Source: an uncultured Verrucomicrobia subdivision 3 bacterium (lineage in GTDB: Bacteria; Verrucomicrobiota; Verrucomicrobiia; Limisphaerales; UBA11358). From it: a DNA stretch of 64,000 nt. Positions 28,508 through 36,863 of the stretch are shown here, piece by piece. The stretch covers positions 34,368 through 98,367 of the forward strand of contig CAISYZ010000070.1 of assembly GCA_903889895.1 (NCBI GenBank), written 5' to 3'. Each line of letters opens with the position of its first letter. Positions within the stretch are counted from its first letter, which is position 1. The notes below the pieces were generated by a model, which ran no database searches, was not told the origin of the DNA, and saw only the letters and a list, made by a program, of their open reading frames with translations. The position numbers and the translations under genes were made by a program.

Positions 28508-29269
28508 TTATTTTTCTCGTTTAAAATCGGCGTGCAGAAAACTCTGCACCAGCGGGTCGTTGAAATTTTTCACCTCGTCCGGCGTCCCGATGGTCAGGAT
28601 GCGGCCCTCGGCAATCACCGCAATGCGGTCAGCCACGCCGAACGCGAGGTCGCGGTCGTGCGACACCACCAGCGAGGTCACGCCGATGCGGCGCTGTAAA
28701 TCGAGAATCTCGTTGCCGATGACGACGGATGAAACCGGATCCAGCTCGCTCGTCGGTTCATCGTAAAGAATCAACTGTGGCTCGATGACCAGCGCGCGCG
28801 CAATGGCAACGCGCTTTTTCATGCCGCCGGAAAGTTCGGACGGCATCTTGTCCATGACGTTTTTCAGGCCGACGTCCGTCAGCTTTTCGCTGACAATCTT
28901 TTCGATTTCCGCCGGTGATTTCAACCGGTGTTCGGCGAGATACAGACCGACGTTTTCACCGACGGTCAGTGAATTCAGCAGCGCGCCGGATTGAAAAACC
29001 AGCGCCATGCGGTATTTCGCGGCGATTTCCGGCGTGGTGATGGGCTCGCCGTTGATGAGGATTTCGCCCGCATCGGGCTCTTCGAGACCGATGAGATGCT
29101 TGAGCAGGACACTCTTGCCGCTGCCGCTCGGCCCCATGATGACAAAAATTTCGCCGGGCTGGACGGTAAAATCAATACCCTTGAGCACTTCCTGCCCGTC
29201 AAAGCTCTTGCACAGGCCGCGCACCGCGAGGCCAACGCCGCCGGAAATTTTTTCGTTCGCGCCGTTCAT
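28508..29269 (-). CDS. mlaF: ABC transporter ATP-binding protein, MlaF-like
   Basis: Walker A GPSGSGKS, signature LSGGMKKR and Walker B ILYDEPTSELD. Start MNGANEK (cat at 29267-29269) forms an ATGA overlap with the mlaE stop. Confidence 0.85.
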   Translation of the reverse strand: MNGANEKISGGVGLAVRGLCKSFDGQEVLKGIDFTVQPGEIFVIMGPSGSGKSVLLKHLIGLEEPDAGEILINGEPITTPEIAAKYRMALVFQSGALLNSLTVGENVGLYLAEHRLKSPAEIEKIVSEKLTDVGLKNVMDKMPSELSGGMKKRVAIARALVIEPQLILYDEPTSELDPVSSVVIGNEILDLQRRIGVTSLVVSHDRDLAFGVADRIAVIAEGRILTIGTPDEVKNFNDPLVQSFLHADFKREK

Positions 29270-30003
29270 TTCAACAGAAAGCGGGTGAGGATGTAGTCGA
29301 AAATCACGATGAGCACGATGGAGTTCACCACGGCCTTCGTAACCGAGCGCCCGATGCCGCGCGGGCCGCCGATGGTCGTCAGCCCCTGGTGGCACGAAAC
29401 CACGCCGACGATGACCGCGAAGCAAAAGCTCTTGAACACGCCGTTAGCCACGTCCGACAGCTCGACGATGTCCTTCAAGTCGGCGAAGAAAACCTTGAAG
29501 GGAATGTCCATGAGGTGATTGTAATTCGCCACCATCGCACCGCCGAACCAGCCGGTGAGAATGGAAAAAACCACCAGCATCGGCAGCGCCACCGAAATCG
29601 CCAGCACGCGGGGCAGCACAAGGTAATGAACCGGGTTGATGTTCATCGTCCGCAGCGCATCAATTTCCTGATACACGCGCATCGAGCCGATTTCCGCCGC
29701 CATCGCCGAGCCGATGCGGCCGGCGATGAGAATCGCCATCATCACCGGCGCGAGTTCCTTGGCGATGCCGAGGCCGACCACGCCGCCGACGGCATTGGTG
29801 AAGCTGCGCTCCACCAGTGGTGGGCCAAAGTTCAGCGCGATGACGCCACCGATGAAGAATGACAGCATGCAGACCATCAGCAAACTGGCGTTGCCGATTT
29901 CAAAAAACTGTTCTTTCACCTTCTGCCGATGACGCCACGCGAGCGGCAACGCCAGCAGCGTGCGCCAGAACAACAGCATGACTTGTCCGACATTTTCAAA
30001 CAT
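29266..30003 (-). CDS. mlaE: ABC transporter permease, MlaE-like
   Basis: 245-aa polytopic protein with typical MlaE blocks GRIGSAMAAEIGSMRVYQEIDAL and GGPRGIGRSVT. Confidence 0.85.
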   Translation of the reverse strand: MFENVGQVMLLFWRTLLALPLAWRHRQKVKEQFFEIGNASLLMVCMLSFFIGGVIALNFGPPLVERSFTNAVGGVVGLGIAKELAPVMMAILIAGRIGSAMAAEIGSMRVYQEIDALRTMNINPVHYLVLPRVLAISVALPMLVVFSILTGWFGGAMVANYNHLMDIPFKVFFADLKDIVELSDVANGVFKSFCFAVIVGVVSCHQGLTTIGGPRGIGRSVTKAVVNSIVLIVIFDYILTRFLLK

Positions 30004-30012
30004 GGTGCAAAA

Positions 30013-31494
30013 TTATTGGGCGGCCGTCTTTTCGGCGGCCCGGTGGAAATAGAACCACTGCGTCCGGCTGCTTTCCCCATCCAATTGATACTGGAAAAGG
30101 CCGAACAGGAGCGAGACTTTTTTGTGCGCCGGCGCAGTCTCGCGACGATATAAATTCCACAACAGCGAGCGGCTGGAAGCGCCGGTCAGCGGATTGTCCG
30201 CCGCGCGCCAGAGCGACCACAGCGGCGACCAGTTGCGTTCGACGCCGCGATTGTCCGGGGTGAACGGCTCCGCCAACGCGAGCACCTGCAGGCGTTGTTC
30301 GCCGTGCTGGCCAAGATGCCATTCAAAGAACGGCCACATTTCCAGCCGAACTTTTCCCAGTCCGGTCTCGGTGTTTTTTTCCTCGAGTTTGGAATATAAA
30401 TAAAACAGCACCTGCGTCCGCCGCTGGTCCAAAATTCCAGAGTGAAACCAGTGGGACTGCCAGAGTGGCCACAGATACGAATCGGCTTCCTGCGTGGCAT
30501 TGTGTGAGCGGCTGAATAGCGGGAAGACGCGCGTGGTGGTCTTGCCCTCGCCGCGCGCGATGATAATAAACGGCCACGGCATCTGCCATTCGCGATAGTT
30601 TTTTTCGCGATTGTCCAGCCAGGTGAAAAACGGCCAGAGCACGGTGGTGACCTCCAGTTGCGGCGAGCGCGTGGTGGCAAAAAACGGAATCGAGGCGCGA
30701 AATTTCTCCTCGTTGGTCGTGCCCAGGCCGGTGGTCTGCCGCAGATACAGCGGCCAGACGTAAAAGGATTTTTCATGGCCGCCGGTGGTCTCGACGTCAC
30801 CGAAGCCGTTGGTGTGCGTGGTCACGCCCTGCTGTTCGTGCCCGACAAACGGCCAGACCTGCCAGCCGCGCAGATGGTCACCACGGCTGGTCGCGCCAAA
30901 CGGATACAGATAGTTTTCCGTGATGACATCATTTTTGCGCGTCTCGCTGTAAAACGGGAACATCACGAAAAAGATTTCGTCGTGAAACAGGCGGTTTTTG
31001 AGCCGGCCATAAAACGGCATAAGCGCGGTGTAATTTAAATTGGTGTCCGTGGCTCGTTGCTGAAAATACAGCGGGTAGATGGTAACGCGGCTCACCTCCG
31101 TGCCGTCCGCCTGCTGGCCGCCAGCGGTGCTGATGAGCTGGAACAATTGCCAGCGCCGTTCCTCGCCGTAGCGGATGCGCGACAGCAGCGGATACAGGAA
31201 ATCATCCTCGTGCGATTCCACCTCTGGATTTTGGTCGCAGGAAAAGAACGGCGGCAACGCCCAGGTTTTTTCCGAACCGCTTTGCTGCGAATAATAAAAC
31301 GGCCCGCCGGCTTCGGTGCGCCAGCCAGCTTCGAGCGTCAGGGAAAAATGATCAAACGCAAAACCGGCGGAATCCCATTTCTCCTCAGCGGCGGAAACGG
31401 CAAAAGCCAGACCGATGACAAAAGCCATGACCAAAAGGCACCGGTTTTGGCCGGGTTCACCTTTTTTCGGTATCGTTATTGGCTTTCGAATCAT
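30013..31494 (-). CDS. Exported aromatic-Pro repeat protein of unknown function
   Basis: Start MIRKPITIPKK followed by the hydrophobic segment CLLVMAFVIGLAFAVSA. At least 14 copies of an (aromatic/aliphatic)-P-(F/L)-(aromatic) motif: PPFFS, LYPLLS, IYPLYF, LMPFYG, MFPFYS, LYPFGA, VWPFVG, VWPLYL, SIPFFA, LWPFFT, PWPFII, VFPLFS, LWPLWQ and MWPFFE. Sits between the MMPL gene and mlaE. Confidence 0.6.
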   Translation of the reverse strand: MIRKPITIPKKGEPGQNRCLLVMAFVIGLAFAVSAAEEKWDSAGFAFDHFSLTLEAGWRTEAGGPFYYSQQSGSEKTWALPPFFSCDQNPEVESHEDDFLYPLLSRIRYGEERRWQLFQLISTAGGQQADGTEVSRVTIYPLYFQQRATDTNLNYTALMPFYGRLKNRLFHDEIFFVMFPFYSETRKNDVITENYLYPFGATSRGDHLRGWQVWPFVGHEQQGVTTHTNGFGDVETTGGHEKSFYVWPLYLRQTTGLGTTNEEKFRASIPFFATTRSPQLEVTTVLWPFFTWLDNREKNYREWQMPWPFIIIARGEGKTTTRVFPLFSRSHNATQEADSYLWPLWQSHWFHSGILDQRRTQVLFYLYSKLEEKNTETGLGKVRLEMWPFFEWHLGQHGEQRLQVLALAEPFTPDNRGVERNWSPLWSLWRAADNPLTGASSRSLLWNLYRRETAPAHKKVSLLFGLFQYQLDGESSRTQWFYFHRAAEKTAAQ

Positions 31495-31579
31495 TGCGCT
31501 TTCGGCGTTTTTCACGCCGAGTTTAACATTGACATTGACTTTGTTGGTCTTTGGTTTATTGTTCCAAACAATTGAGGTT

Positions 31580-34336
31580 TTACCTCGGTTCCTCCTGACC
31601 CGGTGCTGGCATTGATTTGTTGGCACTGGGTTTTTCTTTGATCAGCGGAAACCGCCGGCCTACCAAATTCAGCAGCGCCGGCAAAAATGTCAGGCCCGCA
31701 ATCATGCACGTCGCGATGCCCGTGGCCATCATACAGCCAAGGCTATAGATGCCGCGATGCTGCGCAAGCATCAGGCTGCCGAATCCCGCGATGGCCGTCA
31801 ATCCCGACACCAGCACCGCCTTACCCGTGCTGCGCGCCAGAATGCTCGCGGTGCGCTCCTCGGCGTAGCGGTTCAAAATATGGATGCCGTTGGTCACGCC
31901 GATGCCGATGACCAGCGGCAGCGTCATGATGTTCGCCAGGTTCACCGGAATGCCCGCCCAGCCCATGATGCCCGCCAGCCACAGCGTCCCGATGGCGACC
32001 GGAATCAGCGATAAAATCACCGCGACCAAGCTGCGGAAATGGAACAGCACCATTAGCGCGATGGCCGTCAGCGAATACCACGCCGCCTGGATGTAGCTGT
32101 TCTTCAACAGCGTCTCGTATTCCAGAAGCTGCACCGGCGTGCCGGTGACGTTCGGATCCACCGTCCGCAAATCCGCCACGAAACGCTCCTGCGGCGCGCG
32201 TTGCCAGACGTCTTCCTTGGGATAAACCTGGATGAGAAATTTCCCGTTCACGCCGACAAACCGGTGGCGCAGGGCGGGCGGCAAATCGTCCACGCCCAGC
32301 GGCGCCTGGCTGTCCTGCCGCTGCAACAATTCAAACGTGTCGCGCAAATCGCCGAGCAGCATCTGCTGGAACTGCCCCAGCTTCAACGCGTGATCCGCGC
32401 GGACCGTCGCGTCGCCGGCCAGCGCGTCCTTGCGCAGGCTCGTGATGGCTTCGCTCAAATCATTCAATTGCGCGACCAGCACCGGATCGTTGGTGCCGAC
32501 GGCGCGCTCGGCCAGGCCGAGATAGCAGGAAGTGTAGAACAGCGTGCCGCTCAACTGCTCCACGTCCACCGGCTGCGCGTCCGGCGGACTGAATTTCAGC
32601 GCGGCCACCTCGCCTTTAACTTCCTCGATGAGCCGGAGTTTTGCCGGCGACGCCGGCTCCAGAAAATCCCGGTAGAACGGCGGCTGGGTTTCCGCCACCG
32701 TGGGCAGCTGCTCGATTTTTTCCTGCAACGCCACCGCGTTCGTGAGCGAATCGGCGACGACCGCGCCGTAGAGCAGCGACTTTTCCGCGGAGTTGAGCAG
32801 CTTCTGCTCGAAGACCACCGACGACAAACTCGGGCTTTGCATCTTGATGAGGTTGTAATCGAAATAAACCTTCCGCGCCTCCCACGCCGCCGCCGCGCAG
32901 AGCGCCAGCGTGATGCTTAGCACCAGCACCGGCCGTTGCAGCCAGAAGTTTTCCAGCCGCGCCCGCCGGTCGTCCTCGCGGATGGCGTGGTCGAGCACAT
33001 TTTGCCGGCCGCGCAGCAGCAGCACCGGCAGCATCGTCATCATGGGAATGAAACACACCAGCAGGCCGCCGCCGCAGATGATGCCCATTTCCTTGATGCC
33101 CTGAAAATTCGTGAAATACATCGACAGAAACGCGCCGGCCGTCGTCAGTGCGCCGATGAAAATGCCCTGGCCGGTGAACACCATCGCCTTGGTGATGGCT
33201 TCCTGCTCGGTTTTGCCGTGGTGCAATTCCTCCTCGTAGCGCGTGATGAGGTGCACGCCGAAATCAATCGCCAGCCCGATGAGCATCGGCACGAAGGTGA
33301 TGGTCAAAATGTTCAGGTGCCCGATGGTCACCGTCGTGAACGCCAGCGTGTAGCCGAGGCCGACGACGAGGCAGATGGTCGCCTTCACCGGCCGGCCGGT
33401 TTCGTGATAGCCGTAGATGAAAATCAGCGCGCACACCAGCATCGCCACCACGCTGGCCACCGTTGTGTCCCGTTGCGACTGCATCATCTCGTCGTAATCC
33501 AGCACCGGCTCGCCGGTGATGCCCACGTTCACGCCCGGCACCTCGGCCTTGGTCTGCCCCACCAGTTCGCGCAACCGGTCCACCGCGTCGCCGGTCTGGT
33601 CATCGGTCGGCGCGTGCGTGGTGACCACGAAAATTTTCCCGTGCGCAAACGTCAGGTAGCTGTCCAGCACCGCGTCGTCGCTGCCGCCGAGGAGCGTGAC
33701 CACGTTGGGCGACGGCGGCAGGCCGCTGCGATGCAAGGCGTCGCCGGCCTGCGACACGATGCGCGTCAGCGCCGGCAACGATTTCGCCAGCGACCGGTTT
33801 TCCGCGTTGTCCACCTGCGACGCCGAGCGGAAGGCGAGGTTGATCTGGTCAAAGAGCGAGACGAGATTCGTCGTCTGCGCGAACTGCGTGATGAACGGCC
33901 GCGCCGCGCGCAACGTATCGCGCATTTCCACGAGGTTCGTCTCGGTGGCGTAATGCAGCGCCTTGTTGCCCATCATGCCGAGGCTCTGCTGGTAAAACAC
34001 ATCGCAGAAGAGATTTGTCTGCGCCTGCATTTTCGCGGCGATGCGCTCGACGAACTGCCGGTTTTTTTCGAGGTCGTCGCTTTCCACCACCACCACCAAA
34101 TCGTCCGGCTGGGGAAATTCCTTTTCCAGCGCGAGATAGTTCTGGTGGTATTTCTGGTTCGGGCCGACCAGATTGTCGCGGTTCATGTCCGCCTTCAGGA
34201 AGAAGACGGTGTAGAGCACGCAGAGGATGAAGAGCCCCACCTGCGGCCAGAAGAACCAGTGCGGATAACGGCACACCGCCGCCGCCAGCCGCCCCAGCAG
34301 CCGACCCATGACACTGTCTGGACGGAGCGCCTTCAC
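31580..34336 (-). CDS. MMPL/RND-superfamily transporter, HpnN-like
   Basis: 918 aa with two 6-TM bundles, each followed by a large soluble loop. N-terminus reads RLAAAVCRYPHWFFWPQVGLFILCVLY. ATGA overlap with the upstream YbjQ-like gene. Confidence 0.75.
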   Translation of the reverse strand: MKALRPDSVMGRLLGRLAAAVCRYPHWFFWPQVGLFILCVLYTVFFLKADMNRDNLVGPNQKYHQNYLALEKEFPQPDDLVVVVESDDLEKNRQFVERIAAKMQAQTNLFCDVFYQQSLGMMGNKALHYATETNLVEMRDTLRAARPFITQFAQTTNLVSLFDQINLAFRSASQVDNAENRSLAKSLPALTRIVSQAGDALHRSGLPPSPNVVTLLGGSDDAVLDSYLTFAHGKIFVVTTHAPTDDQTGDAVDRLRELVGQTKAEVPGVNVGITGEPVLDYDEMMQSQRDTTVASVVAMLVCALIFIYGYHETGRPVKATICLVVGLGYTLAFTTVTIGHLNILTITFVPMLIGLAIDFGVHLITRYEEELHHGKTEQEAITKAMVFTGQGIFIGALTTAGAFLSMYFTNFQGIKEMGIICGGGLLVCFIPMMTMLPVLLLRGRQNVLDHAIREDDRRARLENFWLQRPVLVLSITLALCAAAAWEARKVYFDYNLIKMQSPSLSSVVFEQKLLNSAEKSLLYGAVVADSLTNAVALQEKIEQLPTVAETQPPFYRDFLEPASPAKLRLIEEVKGEVAALKFSPPDAQPVDVEQLSGTLFYTSCYLGLAERAVGTNDPVLVAQLNDLSEAITSLRKDALAGDATVRADHALKLGQFQQMLLGDLRDTFELLQRQDSQAPLGVDDLPPALRHRFVGVNGKFLIQVYPKEDVWQRAPQERFVADLRTVDPNVTGTPVQLLEYETLLKNSYIQAAWYSLTAIALMVLFHFRSLVAVILSLIPVAIGTLWLAGIMGWAGIPVNLANIMTLPLVIGIGVTNGIHILNRYAEERTASILARSTGKAVLVSGLTAIAGFGSLMLAQHRGIYSLGCMMATGIATCMIAGLTFLPALLNLVGRRFPLIKEKPSANKSMPAPGQEEPR

Positions 34337-34671
34337 GCGGTCTTTTCCACAAACACCGCCGTGCCGTAGCAGAGCACCTCGGTGATGCCCGGCGCGATTT
34401 CCGTGGCGTCATAACGCACGCCGATGACGGCGTTGGCGCCGAGCTGGCCGGCGTGGGTGAGCATGAGGTTAAACGCATCCTCGCGGGCGCGCTCGCAGAG
34501 GTTCGTGTATATGGAAATGTTGCCGCCGAAAATGGCCTGGATGCTCGCGCCGACGTTGCCGATGACCGACCGCGAACGCACGATGATGCCGCGCACCACG
34601 CCATAGGACTTGGTGATGTGAAAACCCGGCAGGTCAAACGTCGTCGTCGTCAGCGGATGGGTCATACTCAT
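34333..34671 (-). CDS. YbjQ/UPF0145 family protein
   Basis: The internal start MSMTHPLTTTTFDLPGFHITKSYGVVRGIIVRSRS...AVIGVRYDATEI gives 112 aa typical of UPF0145. The upstream 120 codons of the track ORF are Arg/Pro-rich and not protein-like. Confidence 0.75.
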   Translation of the reverse strand: MSMTHPLTTTTFDLPGFHITKSYGVVRGIIVRSRSVIGNVGASIQAIFGGNISIYTNLCERAREDAFNLMLTHAGQLGANAVIGVRYDATEIAPGITEVLCYGTAVFVEKTA

Positions 34672-35047
34672 AACCCATTGATTGAACACGACCCGGCGCA
34701 TCCGCAAAAGCGAAATCTTGCCGGACGCCGGTTCGGCGGCACCAAAAGAAATATTAATCCGCTGGTTTACTTTAAATTTAAACTGCGGCGGACCCATAGA
34801 CGGGCGCAAAAATTCTGCTATAAATCGCCGTTGCGGCCTGGGGACCGGCCGTGTCTTACCCGGAGTCCTGCCCAGAAACCATGACCCTGTCATCGCGGCA
34901 AGCAAGCAGCCAGCGGCCCGCCGGCCCAAAGTCCGGACCGCCCGCCCCGGCGCTTTGTCCCCCGCACCCGGCGGCTTCCGCCGCCCGACGGCGGGAGTTT
35001 TCCTGGCTCCCGGGCATTCCCGCCGCGTCACGGATACCGTTTTCCAC

Positions 35048-35236
35048 GGCTTGGGGGAAGTCCCCCATGACGCGGCGGACTCCCGCCATCAGCTGGGGGA
35101 AGCCCGCCACGGCGCGGGGGACTTCCCCGAGCAGCCGGGGGACGTCCGCCATGAGCCGGGGGACTTCCCCCATGGCGCGGAAAACCCCCGCGACCTCGCG
35201 GAAATGTCCCGCCGGACGACGGGGGAAGGCGTTGGC
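35048..35236. repeat. Nine tandem 21-bp repeats with a G4-N4-C4 core
   Basis: Units such as gggggaagtcccc, gggggacttcccc, gggggacgtccgcc and ggggaagcccgcc. The base following each G-run falls at 35058, 35079, 35100, 35121, 35142, 35163, 35184, (35205) and 35226, an exact 21-nt register. Confidence 0.8.
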
Positions 35237-35281
35237 CGGCGAAAAGGCCCGATTTCTCCTTAAAAACCCCCTTTTTGACCT

Positions 35282-36052
35282 ATGAGAATCGCTACCTGGG
35301 ATTCCGGTGACCCGGAAATGTATTTCGACAATCCCAACCTCCGCTGGGGTTCGCCCTCCTACCTCCTGGAGCCCGGCGATCCCGGCTACGTGCCACCTTT
35401 CCCGACGGTTCAAACAACAAGCATAAAAAAACACATGAAAAAGAAACACGACATAGTCCCAAAACCCATTGCCAAATATCTCGATTGGCATGACAACCTC
35501 AAAAACGGCGTCACCGCCACCACGCCCGGCGCCACGGCGGCGGATGTGACCATGCTGACCACCGATAACGGCGCGCTCCACACCAAACACACGGCCGCCA
35601 ACAACGCCGACATTGTGGCCAAAACCGCCCACACGGATTTTGCCACCGCGCAAGCCAACAGCATACGCAACGCCCGCGCCCTGGCCCAACGCATCAAAAA
35701 AAGCACCGGCTGCACTCCCGCCCTGATCGCCTCCCTGCAACTGGACGGTATCGAGGACACCACCGACATGACCCAGGAGAAACCCACCGTCACCGCCACC
35801 GCCAAAGCCAACGGCGTCATCGAAGTGGGCTTCAACAAAATCCAAGCCGAAGGCGTGCACATCTACGAAGACCGCGCCGGCACCGGCGTCTTCAACTATC
35901 TGGGCAGCGAGGTCCACTCGCCCTACGTGGACAACCGCCCGCTGCTGACGCCCGGCAAACCCGAGACCCGCCGTTACAAAGCCGTGTTCTTCATCGGCAA
36001 AGCCGAGATTGGTTTGGAAAGCGACATCGTGGAAGCCACCGCCCATCCCTAA
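35282..36052 (+). CDS. Hypothetical protein with a helical middle region and an Ig/FN3-like C-terminal domain
   Basis: 256 aa. N-terminus contains MYFDNPNLRWGSPSYLLEPGDPGY. An Ala/Thr-rich helical region follows. The beta-rich C-terminus reads PTVTATAKANGVIEVGFNKIQAEGVHIYEDR...RRYKAVFFIGKAEIG. A strong terminator follows the gene. No family name recognised. Confidence 0.6.
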   Translation: MRIATWDSGDPEMYFDNPNLRWGSPSYLLEPGDPGYVPPFPTVQTTSIKKHMKKKHDIVPKPIAKYLDWHDNLKNGVTATTPGATAADVTMLTTDNGALHTKHTAANNADIVAKTAHTDFATAQANSIRNARALAQRIKKSTGCTPALIASLQLDGIEDTTDMTQEKPTVTATAKANGVIEVGFNKIQAEGVHIYEDRAGTGVFNYLGSEVHSPYVDNRPLLTPGKPETRRYKAVFFIGKAEIGLESDIVEATAHP

Positions 36053-36069
36053 AACCGGCGGGCTAACGG

Positions 36070-36105
36070 CCCGGCGGGAAAAGGTTTTCCCGCCGGGTTT
36101 TTTTT
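36070..36105 (+). terminator. Rho-independent terminator
   Basis: Stem cccggcgggaaaa / ttttcccgccggg followed by eight T residues. Confidence 0.9.
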
Positions 36106-36241
36106 AGGTGCGGGAATATTCTTTGACAGAAATTCGCCAGTCCGCTTTCATAAACTCATGCTAAAAAAGGCCGCCGCCAAAACAACCGTGCAATCCCCAA
36201 AACACGGACTGCGGACTGCTATCAATTAGGCGGCGAATCGT

Positions 36242-36634
36242 ATGAGCGTGTATTTTAGATGGTTGGTTGGTTCTATGCTTTCAACGCTGCCTCTGTGGAT
36301 CGTGGTTGTATTTTTTTTGATGTGGCGGAGGCGGACTGCTACGCCAGACGTTGAGCGGCGACCAGTCTGGAGCATTTTAGCAGTGGTGTTTCAAATCGTT
36401 GCCATAGTTGCTGCCGTTTCAGCGTTTTGCATTTTTACTCAGCCCGAAAGCTTAATTGGTTTTATGTATGCCGTTCCAACCTACGCGTTCTTTGCCATGC
36501 TCGGCACTATTGCAGCTTTTGTAGCTGTTTTTCGTCGTGAGCAATGGCCTGCATTGTCGTGGGTCGCATTGTTTTTGAATGGTGTCCCATTTGTGATATT
36601 TCTCAGGCTGATAATTCAAAAAGTGAGTTTATGA
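36242..36634 (+). CDS. Small 4-TM membrane protein, unknown function
   Basis: 130 aa with four hydrophobic segments. Lies in a visibly AT-richer stretch. Confidence 0.5.
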   Translation: MSVYFRWLVGSMLSTLPLWIVVVFFLMWRRRTATPDVERRPVWSILAVVFQIVAIVAAVSAFCIFTQPESLIGFMYAVPTYAFFAMLGTIAAFVAVFRREQWPALSWVALFLNGVPFVIFLRLIIQKVSL

Positions 36635-36863
36635 TTTTGCCGCCTTACAGACTGATAGGTGACAAAGGATTCTAAAATTTCAAAAGCCCAACGGCGCGGT
36701 TTGGGTTGGCCGGCTCCCGAGAATTCGGGATTGGCAAAGACTCCAAAGGGCGGCACGCTGATACGGCATTGATCCCCGAGCGCGTGAAGCCCCGGCTTCG
36801 CGCCCGGCCGGAACGGAATGCCCGGTTTAGCCCGATGAGCCCACAACCTGCCCCTGCGCCAAT

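Noticed and set aside
32936-34369. A 477-aa plus-strand ORF opposite the MMPL transporter.
   Set aside because: It has a His/Arg/Asp-rich composition with no TM segments or motifs. The minus-strand frame encodes a coherent 12-TM RND/MMPL protein.
35048-35236. A CRISPR-array interpretation of the tandem repeats.
   Set aside because: The period is only 21 bp, with no unique spacers between repeats. The units are degenerate and no cas genes are nearby.
34682-36046. ORFs spanning the 21-bp repeat array: 34682-35263 (+), 34851-35285 (+) and 34856-36046 (-). I also considered that 34682-35263 and 35282-36052 share a frame and might once have been one gene.
   Set aside because: All three translations are Arg/Gly/Pro-rich and non-globular. 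Two in-frame stops (TAA at 35261 and TGA at 35276) separate the same-frame ORFs. Conservation sits on the G-run/C-run core, not on codon positions. The minus-strand ORF is antisense to a well-formed gene.
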